Shown here piece by piece: positions 8,493 through 18,550 of a stretch of 34,094 nt of DNA (position 1 is the stretch's first letter; each line of letters begins with the position of its first letter). The stretch lies in IMG/VR virus record IMGVR_UViG_3300020045_000534, positions 1 through 34,094 of that record; one strand, written 5' to 3'. The notes beneath the pieces were generated by a model. It ran no database searches, had not been told where the DNA came from, and saw nothing but the letters and a program-made list of their open reading frames with translations. Position numbers and translations under genes: made by a program. This DNA is from a virus. Taxonomy: Duplodnaviria; Caudoviricetes.

Positions 8493-9179
8493 TTACAGGC
8501 CGTCAACAAATAGGGTACCATTTACGTTAAAGTTGCCGCCAGTCCCTAGACGGGGAAAGTCTGCTCCGCTGATCGCTGTGGTAGAGACTGAGGTCGGGGT
8601 GTACAGGTTGAAACTACTCCCTGTGGTGCTATTCGCGTAGCCCAAAAGGTCCGCACCAAGACCGCCAGCGTAGAACTTTAGGGCCAACGAATGCTCACCA
8701 CCACCGGCCAAGGTTATCCCAGTTGGCATTGGTATTGACAACTGGCCTGACCCACTAGAACCTGAACCCATGCCTACAGCAACACGGTAGCTGATCGTGT
8801 ACGGAGAAGTCGGTATCCAGTTCATTACGCGGCTACCACCGCTGCCAAAGTTTGTGACACCACCTACAGTAAATGTGCTGCTGACTTGGTAATTGGTAGC
8901 GCCTGAACGCTTCCACGAACCGCCAACTCGGGTGTAGTAGAACCCCGTGTCAACCTGAAAACCCGTATCACCAGCGCGCATCCCGGTCTGGGCCGCACGC
9001 TCCGAATCGTTCGCCCAGCGGTAGTTGTAACCCTGTCGCCTTCCCTCGTTCAGAGTCAGCGCAGCATCGACGCTTTGGGCAAGAAGTGCCGTGGTTGCGG
9101 GTACATCAAAGTCGTCACCGTTCGTGGCGAAAGAGATTGCATGCGTGCCCGTACCGGCAGCGGTAGTATCTGAAGGCAT
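8493..9179 (-). CDS. Minor tail protein / tail fibre
   Basis: G/S/T-rich; ERAAQTGMRAGDTGFQVDTG pattern typical of actinophage tail fibres; last tail gene. Confidence 0.7.
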   Translation of the reverse strand: MPSDTTAAGTGTHAISFATNGDDFDVPATTALLAQSVDAALTLNEGRRQGYNYRWANDSERAAQTGMRAGDTGFQVDTGFYYTRVGGSWKRSGATNYQVSSTFTVGGVTNFGSGGSRVMNWIPTSPYTISYRVAVGMGSGSSGSGQLSIPMPTGITLAGGGEHSLALKFYAGGLGADLLGYANSTTGSSFNLYTPTSVSTTAISGADFPRLGTGGNFNVNGTLFVDGL

Positions 9180-9304
9180 TAGTTCCTCACCTGAGTTTGC
9201 AGAGCTTCGATCTGGCGGCGCTGGCTTTCAAGGACCGCCTCAACCTCACGAACCCAGTTGGCCATTTGCTCCGGGGGGCTTGCCTGTACTCCATTAATAG
9301 CCAT
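9179..9304 (-). CDS. 41-aa coiled-coil tail-module protein (MAINGVQASPPEQMANWVREVEAVLESQRRQIEALQTQVRN)
   Basis: Fills the gap exactly, TAATG-coupled to the next gene, TAGGAT -10 element 8 nt upstream; not in the ORF track. Confidence 0.7.
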   Translation of the reverse strand: MAINGVQASPPEQMANWVREVEAVLESQRRQIEALQTQVRN

Positions 9305-9320
9305 ATCTATATATCCTACC

Positions 9321-11780
9321 CTACAAAAGTGGCTTAATCTTCGAATCTTTGTACTTTTTGTTGAACCAAAAGCCAGTCGCCTGCCCGTAGGTCTGCGTGG
9401 GGTTCTTGGCGTCGTAGTCCGAGTAGGTCGTGCAAGGCTCCAGGGTCAAAGTGGCCCACTCGTTGCCCGCACTGATAGTTCTAATGCGGTACTTAGCATT
9501 CCTGAAAGAAACAACAGCACCCGCGGAATAACCGAACTGGCCGATTTCAACGCTAGGGATAGTCGCTCTGAGGGATATTGCAGGACCGCTCGCCACGCTC
9601 TGCGCCCGGCCAGCGGTTGCGTAAACCCTGCTCAGGCTGGTAACCCCAATGTTATCGATCTTACGCGGCTCCGAGGCGGGAGACATGGCAGGGTCAGCCC
9701 CGGTGGGGAGAAGAACCTGTACTGGCTGCGTAAAAATGCCCACGCCAACAATAGAGAACTGCGGGTATTTGGTCGATCCATCCGAGGCCGCGAAGTAGAA
9801 GGGGCCAGCCACCCCGGGGATTGCTCTCGGGCCGGTAAGGGTGATATCGATAGCACCGGGGGTTTTAGTGTTCATGGCTACAGACACGCGCCCGCCGTAA
9901 GACTCCCACTGGGACTGGACAACTGGCAGGTTGTCATTCGCAATGATCCAATACTCGCCATCCGCAACAGGAATAGTTGTCCCACGAGTCGGCTGGAGAA
10001 TGGAAATCGGGTAGTTCGTCGTCTGGATAGTTATAGTCTTAACCTCGTTTACGTCCACGCTCAAGACGTTGTTATCAAGAGATGAATTCCACAAGGTTCC
10101 ACTACCAGAGCGAGCCTGATAGTTCGTTACAGAGATGGACGAAGCAGATGAGCTGAGGTCCATGTCAAGGGTCAGCGATCCAGCCCGTGCATTGTCTAGC
10201 GTTGCAGTCGCCGTCAGGCAGTCCCGGACGGTAATCACACCTCCCAGAACGACAATCTCAACGTTATAGGCAGAGCATAGCTGCTTAATGTGTTCCCACA
10301 GGTCACCCTGCCAAGCCGCAACCGGAGCAATCGGATCAGTGCTTGCCGTGTAGCTGTAGCTGTTGATTCCGGCCTTCTGGAAGTAGCTGCCAAGGACCGA
10401 AGACAGGGTGGACTCTGTGTACTGCAAGCGTTGGATTCGACTGATAGTACCCGCGTTTGACACATTATTGTCAATAACCCAGAAGAAATTGCTGCCCGGA
10501 ACGAACCTGACCAGTTGCGAGGCCGAGTTGGCGGTCGTTACGCCGCCAATCTGGTAAGGCGCCATCGCTCCTGCCGGTGGCAGAGACGTGACATTGAAAT
10601 CGTAGGAAGCCACAAGGTTTCCCGCAATGATCTTCCCAGCGTAATCGAAAACTCTGACAATGCCAGTTGAATTGTAGCCCGAGGTCATGTAGACGTACTT
10701 GGAGTTTACGGTGATGCTCGACGGGTTGACTATGGAGAAGGGGCCAGCCTGACTAATGGAAACCCTGCTGACAAAAGTTCCCGCCGAGTCGAAGCGAGTC
10801 AGCCGCGAGTTAGAAGCGAAAGTCTGCATAACGAAAATGTCGCCGTTGGGTGCGATTGCAATATCTGCTGGCAGGTCGCGGAAATCAAACTGGCCATCTC
10901 CAGAGCCGGGTGCCCCGATATTTGCAACAAACGCACCCGTGGCTGGGTTGAATACCTTTACGATATCTGCCGGGATGCCGATGCTCTGCCCGGGATAGTT
11001 CACCGAAGGCGCGTTGGCAATGTACAGGTAGCCAGTCACCGGCGAGAACGACATTGCGGCAATAACAGTACCCACGGATATCGAACCCGTGCCAGTGTTG
11101 CCAAAAGTAGACTGGTAAACGCCGGAAGAGTTGAACTTCATTACCCGCGCGCCGGTGGCCTGCAAACTGGAGGCTACATAGATGTTTTGTGATCCATCCA
11201 CCGCAATCTTCGGGTAGTAATAGACGCTGCCAGTAGCATCCCCAGTGGGAATAGTAAAGGAGAGAAGCAGTGCCCCGCTCGGGCCAAACTTCTGAATTTT
11301 AGCCGGTGCAGAGCCGGTAGCATTGGCCTCAATAGTGTAAGCGTTCCCCGCTGAATCAGTCTCGATACCGGTAAGCGTCGAAGCAAACGTGGCACCGACA
11401 CCACTGCGGAAACCTCCGACTGCGGTGCCGAAGGCCCGCTCACCGATTGCGGTCGTAACCACTTCAATACTCAGCGGGGAAAGTGCGTTACCTCCACTGA
11501 AATTGCCACCCGCCTTCGTCAGGTCCGCTCCATTGCTAGTGGCCTGAATGACCCTGCCGGAAACGCTGCCAAGGCTGGGGTGCGTTGCAATGTAAGACTC
11601 CCCAGCCAGGAACTCGATGTCAGTGGAGGGGCCAGTGGAGAAGGAGAAGTCACCGGTGGAGCCAGAGCTGTTACCAATGACTCGCGGCGTTGCGTCGTTC
11701 TTGGAACTCCAGCCGGGCAAGATCGGGCCGAACTGGTCTCCGGGGCCACTCTTGACAATGCCAATTCCGGAGTCAGCCAT
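9321..11780 (-). CDS. Minor tail (hub-like) protein with an inserted NHL-repeat beta-propeller
   Basis: Second gene after the tape measure; NHL-like units GSGDGQF..PADIAIAPNGDIFV and IAVDGSQNIYVA. Confidence 0.75.
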   Translation of the reverse strand: MADSGIGIVKSGPGDQFGPILPGWSSKNDATPRVIGNSSGSTGDFSFSTGPSTDIEFLAGESYIATHPSLGSVSGRVIQATSNGADLTKAGGNFSGGNALSPLSIEVVTTAIGERAFGTAVGGFRSGVGATFASTLTGIETDSAGNAYTIEANATGSAPAKIQKFGPSGALLLSFTIPTGDATGSVYYYPKIAVDGSQNIYVASSLQATGARVMKFNSSGVYQSTFGNTGTGSISVGTVIAAMSFSPVTGYLYIANAPSVNYPGQSIGIPADIVKVFNPATGAFVANIGAPGSGDGQFDFRDLPADIAIAPNGDIFVMQTFASNSRLTRFDSAGTFVSRVSISQAGPFSIVNPSSITVNSKYVYMTSGYNSTGIVRVFDYAGKIIAGNLVASYDFNVTSLPPAGAMAPYQIGGVTTANSASQLVRFVPGSNFFWVIDNNVSNAGTISRIQRLQYTESTLSSVLGSYFQKAGINSYSYTASTDPIAPVAAWQGDLWEHIKQLCSAYNVEIVVLGGVITVRDCLTATATLDNARAGSLTLDMDLSSSASSISVTNYQARSGSGTLWNSSLDNNVLSVDVNEVKTITIQTTNYPISILQPTRGTTIPVADGEYWIIANDNLPVVQSQWESYGGRVSVAMNTKTPGAIDITLTGPRAIPGVAGPFYFAASDGSTKYPQFSIVGVGIFTQPVQVLLPTGADPAMSPASEPRKIDNIGVTSLSRVYATAGRAQSVASGPAISLRATIPSVEIGQFGYSAGAVVSFRNAKYRIRTISAGNEWATLTLEPCTTYSDYDAKNPTQTYGQATGFWFNKKYKDSKIKPLL

Positions 11781-13808
11781 CTAGAGGTACTCCCAAGGTT
11801 CCGTCTCGGTCAGCTCTGCACTCAGGCCGATGAGGTGACGATCTGCCATGATGTACTCCTCAGGAATGGCGTCTCCAGAGAAGCGCATACCGGCAACACC
11901 CTTGCCGGGGATATGCCGCGTCAGGGATGGCGCCACTCCATCAGGGAGAATCTGCGCCCATAGGCTGTTCAATGTTACAGTAGATGCAGCCGTAGAGGTT
12001 CGGGTAAGGTAGACATCCACGTACTTATAAAGGTTACCACTAAGCGTTGTGGTGAATGACGGCGCTGCGGAGTTAGCAGAAAGCGAGATGTCAGTATTCG
12101 AGTAGGTCAGGACACTTGTTGATGCGTAAGCGGCACCGGTCCATGTCGCTCCGGGGAATTCAGCGCTACCGTCAAAATACGGTCCAAGAGCCGTGCTTAC
12201 GCGGTCCACGGTAAGGCTGTCGCCGCTGCGAGTCGAAGTGCTCGCGTTCGCGGTGCCCGTCCAGGCGAACGTGCGGCCCGTCTCAATGGTGGACCCGTCG
12301 AATGGCACCTGAACGACCGTGCTCGCCTCGAAGTGCGCGATTGACGCATCGAGAGTGCCGCCCGCGGTGATTCCGTTCGTCGCGATGATCGAGATGCCCG
12401 CCGTCGCAGTCGGCGCAGTCACGCCCGTGTTGATCACCGCCGTGAACGTCTGCGGCACACCCGCAACAAACGTGACGTTGGTCGCGATGTTCACGCCGCC
12501 GGTACTGCTATTCCAAGTCGGGCGATACGCCACGGTCGCGGCTGTCAGATCGGTCGAGGAGACAATAGTGATTGAAACGGCGTAGCTCGTGTTCGCGAGG
12601 ATCGTTGTTCCTGCGACCGAGGACAGAATTGATGCCGTAGCCGCTGCCGTCCATGTCGCGCGCCGGGCATTGGCCGCGCCAAGAGCGGCACCTGACACAG
12701 ACGACGACGTTCCGTTCGCAATTCTCCAGTTCGTGGCGTTGTAGCCCTGCGGGTCGAGGATCAGGTTCGTGCGGGTGCCCCCCCACGGGAGACCATCGGC
12801 GCGCACGGCAAGTATCTGCATCCGGTCAGCACCAGCAGGAGCCACCTGAGGCGACCCGACCACCCGAACGTGCGAGGCGTTGGCGACCAGATCGACACCC
12901 GTCATGGTGTCGTAGTAGGTCGAGAGAGAGACGCCCGCTGCGTCCCAGAACGTGTACCGGAACTTGGTCGAGCGTGCGTGGTTGGCCTTCACGTACATTG
13001 ACGGGTAGACCGTCTGGCCCGGCGTGACTCCGATGTCGCGCGCGGAGGAGGTGTTGCCGAACCCTGCACCGTTGAACGCGTTGTTCTGCGTCACGCCAGC
13101 GGTACCGACGAAGCCGTAACCGCCGCCGACACCAGCGCCCGCCACCCGCCCTGTGGCAAGCATCCCGTTGGTGACATAGCCGTTGGAGTTCACCTGCGGG
13201 GACGGGTTGATCGCGTCGTTGGTCAGACCAGCGCCAATAGCTGAAGACTGAGCACGCAACACAGCGGTACCTGTGGTTGAACCAGACCCGCCAAGGTAGA
13301 GAGAGTAATTAGGGGGAATGATGAACTTAAACGACCTGCCGTGCTTGGCATTAGCTGCGCCCGTGAGCGAAAACTGCGCGCTGACGCTTGGCTTTCCGTA
13401 GGGATTGGTAGCACTGGAGAAGGTGACTGAGGTGTCATTAGCACTCGTCTTGGTGAAATCTTTGGCGCCCGCCTGAATTAGACCCGGTTCTGCCCACACC
13501 TGATTGAAAAGGTTCTGGTCCATCCACAGCGGATCGACAACGTAGACGCAGCCAGTCCCGTAGCGCCCAGCAGCAAGCTCCGGGTAAATCTCCAGACCAT
13601 CGTACTGAGACGCATCCTGAACCGGAAAGTCCATGCCATATCGGAGGCTGGAGCCGGAGCTGGAAACCACACCGGAGCCGCCGTTTTCGTACTCAAGGCT
13701 GGCCGAATAGCGACTGCGGGCACGCTGCATCCCCGAGGAAGGTGCGGGTGCCCAGGTCTGGTACTGGTCAGTGCCAATGTACCACTTGCCGTTAGTGTCA
13801 ACTGCCAT
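11781..13808 (-). CDS. Distal tail (Dit-like) minor tail protein with inserted carbohydrate-binding-like modules
   Basis: First gene after the tape measure; two modules of the form TNxxx[N/D]P...[Y/P]FDGS...WTG.A.ASTS. Confidence 0.7.
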   Translation of the reverse strand: MAVDTNGKWYIGTDQYQTWAPAPSSGMQRARSRYSASLEYENGGSGVVSSSGSSLRYGMDFPVQDASQYDGLEIYPELAAGRYGTGCVYVVDPLWMDQNLFNQVWAEPGLIQAGAKDFTKTSANDTSVTFSSATNPYGKPSVSAQFSLTGAANAKHGRSFKFIIPPNYSLYLGGSGSTTGTAVLRAQSSAIGAGLTNDAINPSPQVNSNGYVTNGMLATGRVAGAGVGGGYGFVGTAGVTQNNAFNGAGFGNTSSARDIGVTPGQTVYPSMYVKANHARSTKFRYTFWDAAGVSLSTYYDTMTGVDLVANASHVRVVGSPQVAPAGADRMQILAVRADGLPWGGTRTNLILDPQGYNATNWRIANGTSSSVSGAALGAANARRATWTAAATASILSSVAGTTILANTSYAVSITIVSSTDLTAATVAYRPTWNSSTGGVNIATNVTFVAGVPQTFTAVINTGVTAPTATAGISIIATNGITAGGTLDASIAHFEASTVVQVPFDGSTIETGRTFAWTGTANASTSTRSGDSLTVDRVSTALGPYFDGSAEFPGATWTGAAYASTSVLTYSNTDISLSANSAAPSFTTTLSGNLYKYVDVYLTRTSTAASTVTLNSLWAQILPDGVAPSLTRHIPGKGVAGMRFSGDAIPEEYIMADRHLIGLSAELTETEPWEYL

Positions 13809-16800
13809 TAGAAAGCTCCCCGCGAGTTCTGCTGAGCGTTGCCGCGATTGGCTGCATCAGCGATTTCTCTATCACCCAAGTATACCGCAAGCTCACGGCC
13901 CACAGCTTCACGCAGCACGGACATGCTCTTAGGGCCAAGCTCGACAATTCCCATGCCGAATGTGGAACCCGAAGCGCTGGAGCCAACGAAGCCGCCCGAG
14001 TCGAAGCGGCGACCATTGCGCAGCGCCGACTGGAGGGCGTAGAGCTGGCTCACGTTGCCAGCCGTAGCCTTGGCGTCCATGACGAACTCGCCCGCATGGA
14101 CAATGCCAGCCTCTTGATACTTCCCCCCTGGACCAGTATAGCCACCTTCTGCGTACGCGACCTGCTCGTACAGACCCGTACCCCTGAGGATGAGACCGTC
14201 AGGGTTCTTAATGTCAAGTGCCTTGCGGGTGATGCCTACATCAGAGGGGTCAATTTCAGCGATCTTCTTTAGGTAATACTTGTCAGTGAACGTCGGGCTG
14301 GTGTATGTCTTTCCACCAACCGATGCGGCCTTGCGGTCGGCCTCCTCCAGCTTGGCAATGTACTCGTTGATTGCAGTGGTGGCAGCATCCTTGCTGAACT
14401 TGACGGTCAGGTCGGGCTTGACTGTCGCGAGCACATCACGGAGGGTCCGCACCGAGAACGAATACTTGTCCACGTCGGTCGCGGCAAAACCGAACTTCCC
14501 CAGCTGAGTATCGATCTTGCCAGTCAGGCCCTCAATCTTACCCGTGACATCGCCAATCGGGGTGCCCGCAGCGATCAGAGCCCCGGCATAATCAGCGACT
14601 GCACCATTGAGGTCGCGCAGACGTCCCCGGTTCGTCAGAGCGGCGGTGCTGTTCCCGTCAATAACCGTACTCACGTCACCAATGGAGTCAGCGTACTTGG
14701 TTGCCTCGCTGACCGTGAACCCCATGGCAGTTGCCTGCTCGATGTACTCCTTGCGAGACTGCTCTGTAGCTGCGGCTACAGCCTCAGTAGACTCTCCGGC
14801 ATCGACAAGCCCAGCAATATAGGTGTTGTAGTTACCAACAAGGTTGCGGAGAGTGCTGCGGTTTTTGATGGCCGTCTTGCTGTTGCCCTCAGTCCCAACA
14901 CTCGCATCTGCCTGAGCCTGAGCAAGGTCCGCCGCACTCTTTGCGGCTTTATCGTTGGCCTCAGCGATCTGCTGAATCTTCTCGGCAGCCTTGGCATCAA
15001 TCTCGCCAATGTTGGCAGTAATCTCACCCGCACGGAGGTCGTCACCGAACGCATTCGCTACGCTAAGGAAGTATTCCTGGATGCTACGGTCAGCGGCCAG
15101 AGTTGCAAGGTCGGCCCGGAGCGAGTTGACCTTAGTCTGGTAGTCAACCAGCGAGTCGGACAAGTCCTTGACCTTCTGGCGTTCGGCCTCCTGGGTTTCT
15201 TCAAGATCAATCCATGCGGAACCGATGGCATCCAGCGATCCCTCAAGATCATTAGCCGTAGTGTCGAAGTCCTTGCGGATGTCCTTGAGAATCTTCGAGA
15301 CAGCATCACGCGCCGCCTCAGGGCCGAACTCAATCTCAAACACACGGTCCAGAACGCCAGTTACGTCAGAGGCGTAGTCCTTGAGGGTCCGGACAGACTT
15401 GGAGAGCTTGTCAACACCCTTGGAGGCGTCATCAGCATCCTTGCCAGCGGACTGGGCAGCGCCGCCCATGTTAATGATTTCAGGGGCGGCACCCGAGGTG
15501 GAGTCAGTAACCCCATCGGTCGCCTTGCTGAATTCACGTTCCACGTTGGCCATGTCGCGGAAAATCTTCTGTGTCGCATCGACATTATCGCCTACCAGTC
15601 TGGCACCGCTGGCCAGTCCTCCAAGCGCCTGACTGGTTCCCGTCAGCGCACCGTAGGCCGCGTCGAGAATCCCCGTGAAGATGCCGAGGCTAGATGCGAT
15701 ACCTGCGATGAAGCGGTTTGCATCGGCAGCGATATTGGCGACGTTTACAAGCGCCTCGGCAACAAATGCAACTCCACCCGCGAAGGCCCCCAGGAACGGT
15801 ATCAGGTTCGCGATAACATCCTGAGTGAACGCCATTGCCTCATGGAAGTTGAAGATGTACTCAGCGGCAACGCCAAGAACTGCAAGAATCACCGTCGCCC
15901 GCGCGAGAGCAGCAAATGCAGCGCGTAGGGAGTATGTGGCTACCGTGGCGCCATCGGCACCAGCTTTGTAACTCACGAGCCCTGGAATAAGCTGGGCAAT
16001 GAGGCCGAGGACGCCCGCCCGACCTCCAGCAGCGGAAAGTCCAATCTGGGCCTGAGTGAGTGCAAAGGTAGAAGCCGTAGCCAGAGCCTGTGCCGCCTGA
16101 AGGGCGATCATCGCGCCGACGAGGGTGGTCACCGCAAAGGCCACGGTGGTAATGACCTGACCAGCAGGGGTCTCCGCAAGCGCGCGCAGCTGGTTGACAA
16201 ATTCTGTAGCCACAAGTACAGCCTCAGAAACCCCGGGAAGCATTCCAGCACTGATCGAGTCTGCAAAAGCTGCGATGCTGCTCTGAAGGACAATGAAGCG
16301 GGAGTTCAGATCGTCCGCAACGAACCCGAACTGTCGTGCAAGCTCAGTGCCCTGCTCGAAACCAATCGCAGCATCGACATTCGCCTGAGTCAGAACTCCC
16401 GTGCTCCCCGAGAGCTTCAGGAATGCAGCAGATACTCGCTGCTCCTCAAGGCCGAGAGCTTCAAGGGTCTGGGTTGCCTCTTCGGCGTTAAGAGTCCCAA
16501 GCGAGGCGGCAAAGCTCTCAATGAGAGCGCTAGGGTCGTCACGAAGAAGCTGCTGGAAGCCTTCCTGAGTAGTGCCCAAGAAGCTGGCGAACCTGTCGAG
16601 CGCTTCGCCACCGTTGGCACTGGCCGAGTTGACCTCCTTGAAGAAGGTGCTCACGGCAGAACGGGCAGCTTCGGGCGCGACACCAAGGGAGGCGAAGGCT
16701 GTCGCAAGTCCGACCGTCTCAGCTGCACCCATACCGGCAAGGCTGGTGTAGGAGGAAATCTGCTGGGCGGTGCTAATGATCTGCGCATCGGTTGCCGCAG

Positions 16801-17962
16801 CGTTAAGACCGGCCTTTTCAATCGCAGAGCCGAGTGCTTCGAAGTTGCCATTAACGTCAGGGAGAAGCTCGTTCAGACGCCCGAAAGCCTCGGCGCTGGT
16901 CTCGACCGAAATCCCCGAGACTGCCGAGAACTGGCCAACGGTTTCGGTGAACCCGATCAGCTGATCCTGGGCAACGCCGATCTGGTTACCGAGGGTTGCG
17001 ATACTGGAAAGCTCTCCGAAGGCAATGGGGATGGTGGTGGAGAGGTCAACGAGGGAATCACGCACTTCCCCGATCTGCTCAGCCGTGCCCGTGCTGGTAC
17101 GCTCGACGTTGGTGAACGCCGTCTCAAAGCTTGCCCCAGTAGTAACTACAGCGGCAGATGCCCCAAGGAGGGCGGCAGAGATGACGCCGTAGGTTGTGGC
17201 CACATCATACAGGGCGTAACGCTGGTTAGCAAGGTCCGCGTTGACGGTCTTGCTGTAGCTGCCGTATTGGACGAGCGACTTGAAGGCGCCATCCTGCCGA
17301 TCCGCAAGAAGCTTGTTGGCGGTGGCAACGCCACCAATGGCCCGCTCCTGCTGTGAGAGGTAATCAGCGTAGTTCTTATCCTGATCCGCCGTAGTCTTCT
17401 GGGCGGCGGCGGCCTGAATCTCCTTCTCGACCTGGAGAAGCTTCTCGGCCTCAGCGACACTCTTCTGGGTAGCTTCGCGGCGCTTGACCTCCTCGGCCAC
17501 AACGGACTCAAGAGTTTCCCGCTGGAGCTTGTAGGCTTGCTGGATGGAAGCGAGTTCGCCGTCAGACAGGTTGCTGACACTAGCCCTGCTGAACTGACCA
17601 GCGGAGTTCCGCCCCAGCGAACTCTCGCTAGGGACCGTGACCTCAGAAAGTGAGCGCGTGCTGATCTTGTTCTGAGCAGACTCAAGGGCATTGATCTGGC
17701 GAGTCGCATCCGCCGCAGCAGCTGCGTACTTCTGGAATCCGCTAGCACCAGCACTGGTGTTTGTCGTAACGTCTTTGAACTCGCCCGAAAGCTTACGGAG
17801 GGCCGAACCGCTCCGTTGCGCTACCTTCTCAAGCCCAGAAAGCTCGGCGTCCGTCTTCCCGACTAGGCTGCTGAGGGAGTCGGCAGCCTTGGCCGCGTCC
17901 TGAAAACCCTTTACGAACTGGCTAGCATCAGCTGAGAGGATGACCTTCTCTTCATCAGCCAA
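13808..17962 (-). CDS. Tape measure protein
   Basis: 1384 aa, Ala-rich and helical with a hydrophobic middle; C-terminal YAEGGYTGPGGKYQEAGIVHAGEFV; follows the chaperone genes. Confidence 0.95.
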   Translation of the reverse strand: MADEEKVILSADASQFVKGFQDAAKAADSLSSLVGKTDAELSGLEKVAQRSGSALRKLSGEFKDVTTNTSAGASGFQKYAAAAADATRQINALESAQNKISTRSLSEVTVPSESSLGRNSAGQFSRASVSNLSDGELASIQQAYKLQRETLESVVAEEVKRREATQKSVAEAEKLLQVEKEIQAAAAQKTTADQDKNYADYLSQQERAIGGVATANKLLADRQDGAFKSLVQYGSYSKTVNADLANQRYALYDVATTYGVISAALLGASAAVVTTGASFETAFTNVERTSTGTAEQIGEVRDSLVDLSTTIPIAFGELSSIATLGNQIGVAQDQLIGFTETVGQFSAVSGISVETSAEAFGRLNELLPDVNGNFEALGSAIEKAGLNAAATDAQIISTAQQISSYTSLAGMGAAETVGLATAFASLGVAPEAARSAVSTFFKEVNSASANGGEALDRFASFLGTTQEGFQQLLRDDPSALIESFAASLGTLNAEEATQTLEALGLEEQRVSAAFLKLSGSTGVLTQANVDAAIGFEQGTELARQFGFVADDLNSRFIVLQSSIAAFADSISAGMLPGVSEAVLVATEFVNQLRALAETPAGQVITTVAFAVTTLVGAMIALQAAQALATASTFALTQAQIGLSAAGGRAGVLGLIAQLIPGLVSYKAGADGATVATYSLRAAFAALARATVILAVLGVAAEYIFNFHEAMAFTQDVIANLIPFLGAFAGGVAFVAEALVNVANIAADANRFIAGIASSLGIFTGILDAAYGALTGTSQALGGLASGARLVGDNVDATQKIFRDMANVEREFSKATDGVTDSTSGAAPEIINMGGAAQSAGKDADDASKGVDKLSKSVRTLKDYASDVTGVLDRVFEIEFGPEAARDAVSKILKDIRKDFDTTANDLEGSLDAIGSAWIDLEETQEAERQKVKDLSDSLVDYQTKVNSLRADLATLAADRSIQEYFLSVANAFGDDLRAGEITANIGEIDAKAAEKIQQIAEANDKAAKSAADLAQAQADASVGTEGNSKTAIKNRSTLRNLVGNYNTYIAGLVDAGESTEAVAAATEQSRKEYIEQATAMGFTVSEATKYADSIGDVSTVIDGNSTAALTNRGRLRDLNGAVADYAGALIAAGTPIGDVTGKIEGLTGKIDTQLGKFGFAATDVDKYSFSVRTLRDVLATVKPDLTVKFSKDAATTAINEYIAKLEEADRKAASVGGKTYTSPTFTDKYYLKKIAEIDPSDVGITRKALDIKNPDGLILRGTGLYEQVAYAEGGYTGPGGKYQEAGIVHAGEFVMDAKATAGNVSQLYALQSALRNGRRFDSGGFVGSSASGSTFGMGIVELGPKSMSVLREAVGRELAVYLGDREIADAANRGNAQQNSRGAF

Positions 17963-17980
17963 TGCTTGTCACGCCCCTAA

Positions 17981-18013
17981 ATAGTACACTAATGTATCTA
18001 TCTAGTCTACCAG
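17981..18013 (-). promoter_or_regulatory. Extended -10 (CTGGTAGACT) plus palindromic TAGT-N2-ACTA site upstream of the tape measure gene
   Basis: Repeat of the elements at 8468-8491. Confidence 0.6.
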
Positions 18014-18025
18014 TCAAAAATGCAG

Positions 18026-18550
18026 CTATTCTACACCTTCATCGTCAGAACGTGTGAGGTTTTCGCTGTTTCCCGGCACAAAAACATCCCCACCGAACTT
18101 GCCCCGCACCACAGTGCCCGCACCCTCCGGAAGCTCCTGAGTCGAGGACTCCGCTGGCTTCTTACTCTTCAGGTACTCATCAAGTGTAGGCATGGGGCCG
18201 CCATCGAGCACGCGGGGCTTCAGCAGGAAACGTAGACCCGGTTCTGGCTTGGCGCCCTTGCCGCCGTTCTCAATCTTCTTGGCCTCTGCCTGCTGTGCGC
18301 GATCCATGGCCGCATCGGGCCGTGAAATCTTGCGCTCCACGGTCCAATCGACACGCTTGCTTTCGGTCCAGTAGATCGGGTAGTTGCCATCCATCATCCG
18401 GGACAGGAAGGTATGCGCCTTGATCAGCTTCAAATCCCAGATGTCATAACTGGTGTGACTAGGATCGTTAAGTATCAGCATCTTCGGAGGGAGCCTTGCC
18501 TCGATTGCCGCAACGATGTGCGTATCGAAATGCCGGTTCTCATCCTCCAT
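18026..18550 (-). CDS. Tail assembly chaperone, -1 frameshift extension (gpT-like)
   Basis: In the -1 frame relative to the upstream chaperone, immediately before the tape measure gene. Confidence 0.8.
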   Translation of the reverse strand: MEDENRHFDTHIVAAIEARLPPKMLILNDPSHTSYDIWDLKLIKAHTFLSRMMDGNYPIYWTESKRVDWTVERKISRPDAAMDRAQQAEAKKIENGGKGAKPEPGLRFLLKPRVLDGGPMPTLDEYLKSKKPAESSTQELPEGAGTVVRGKFGGDVFVPGNSENLTRSDDEGVE

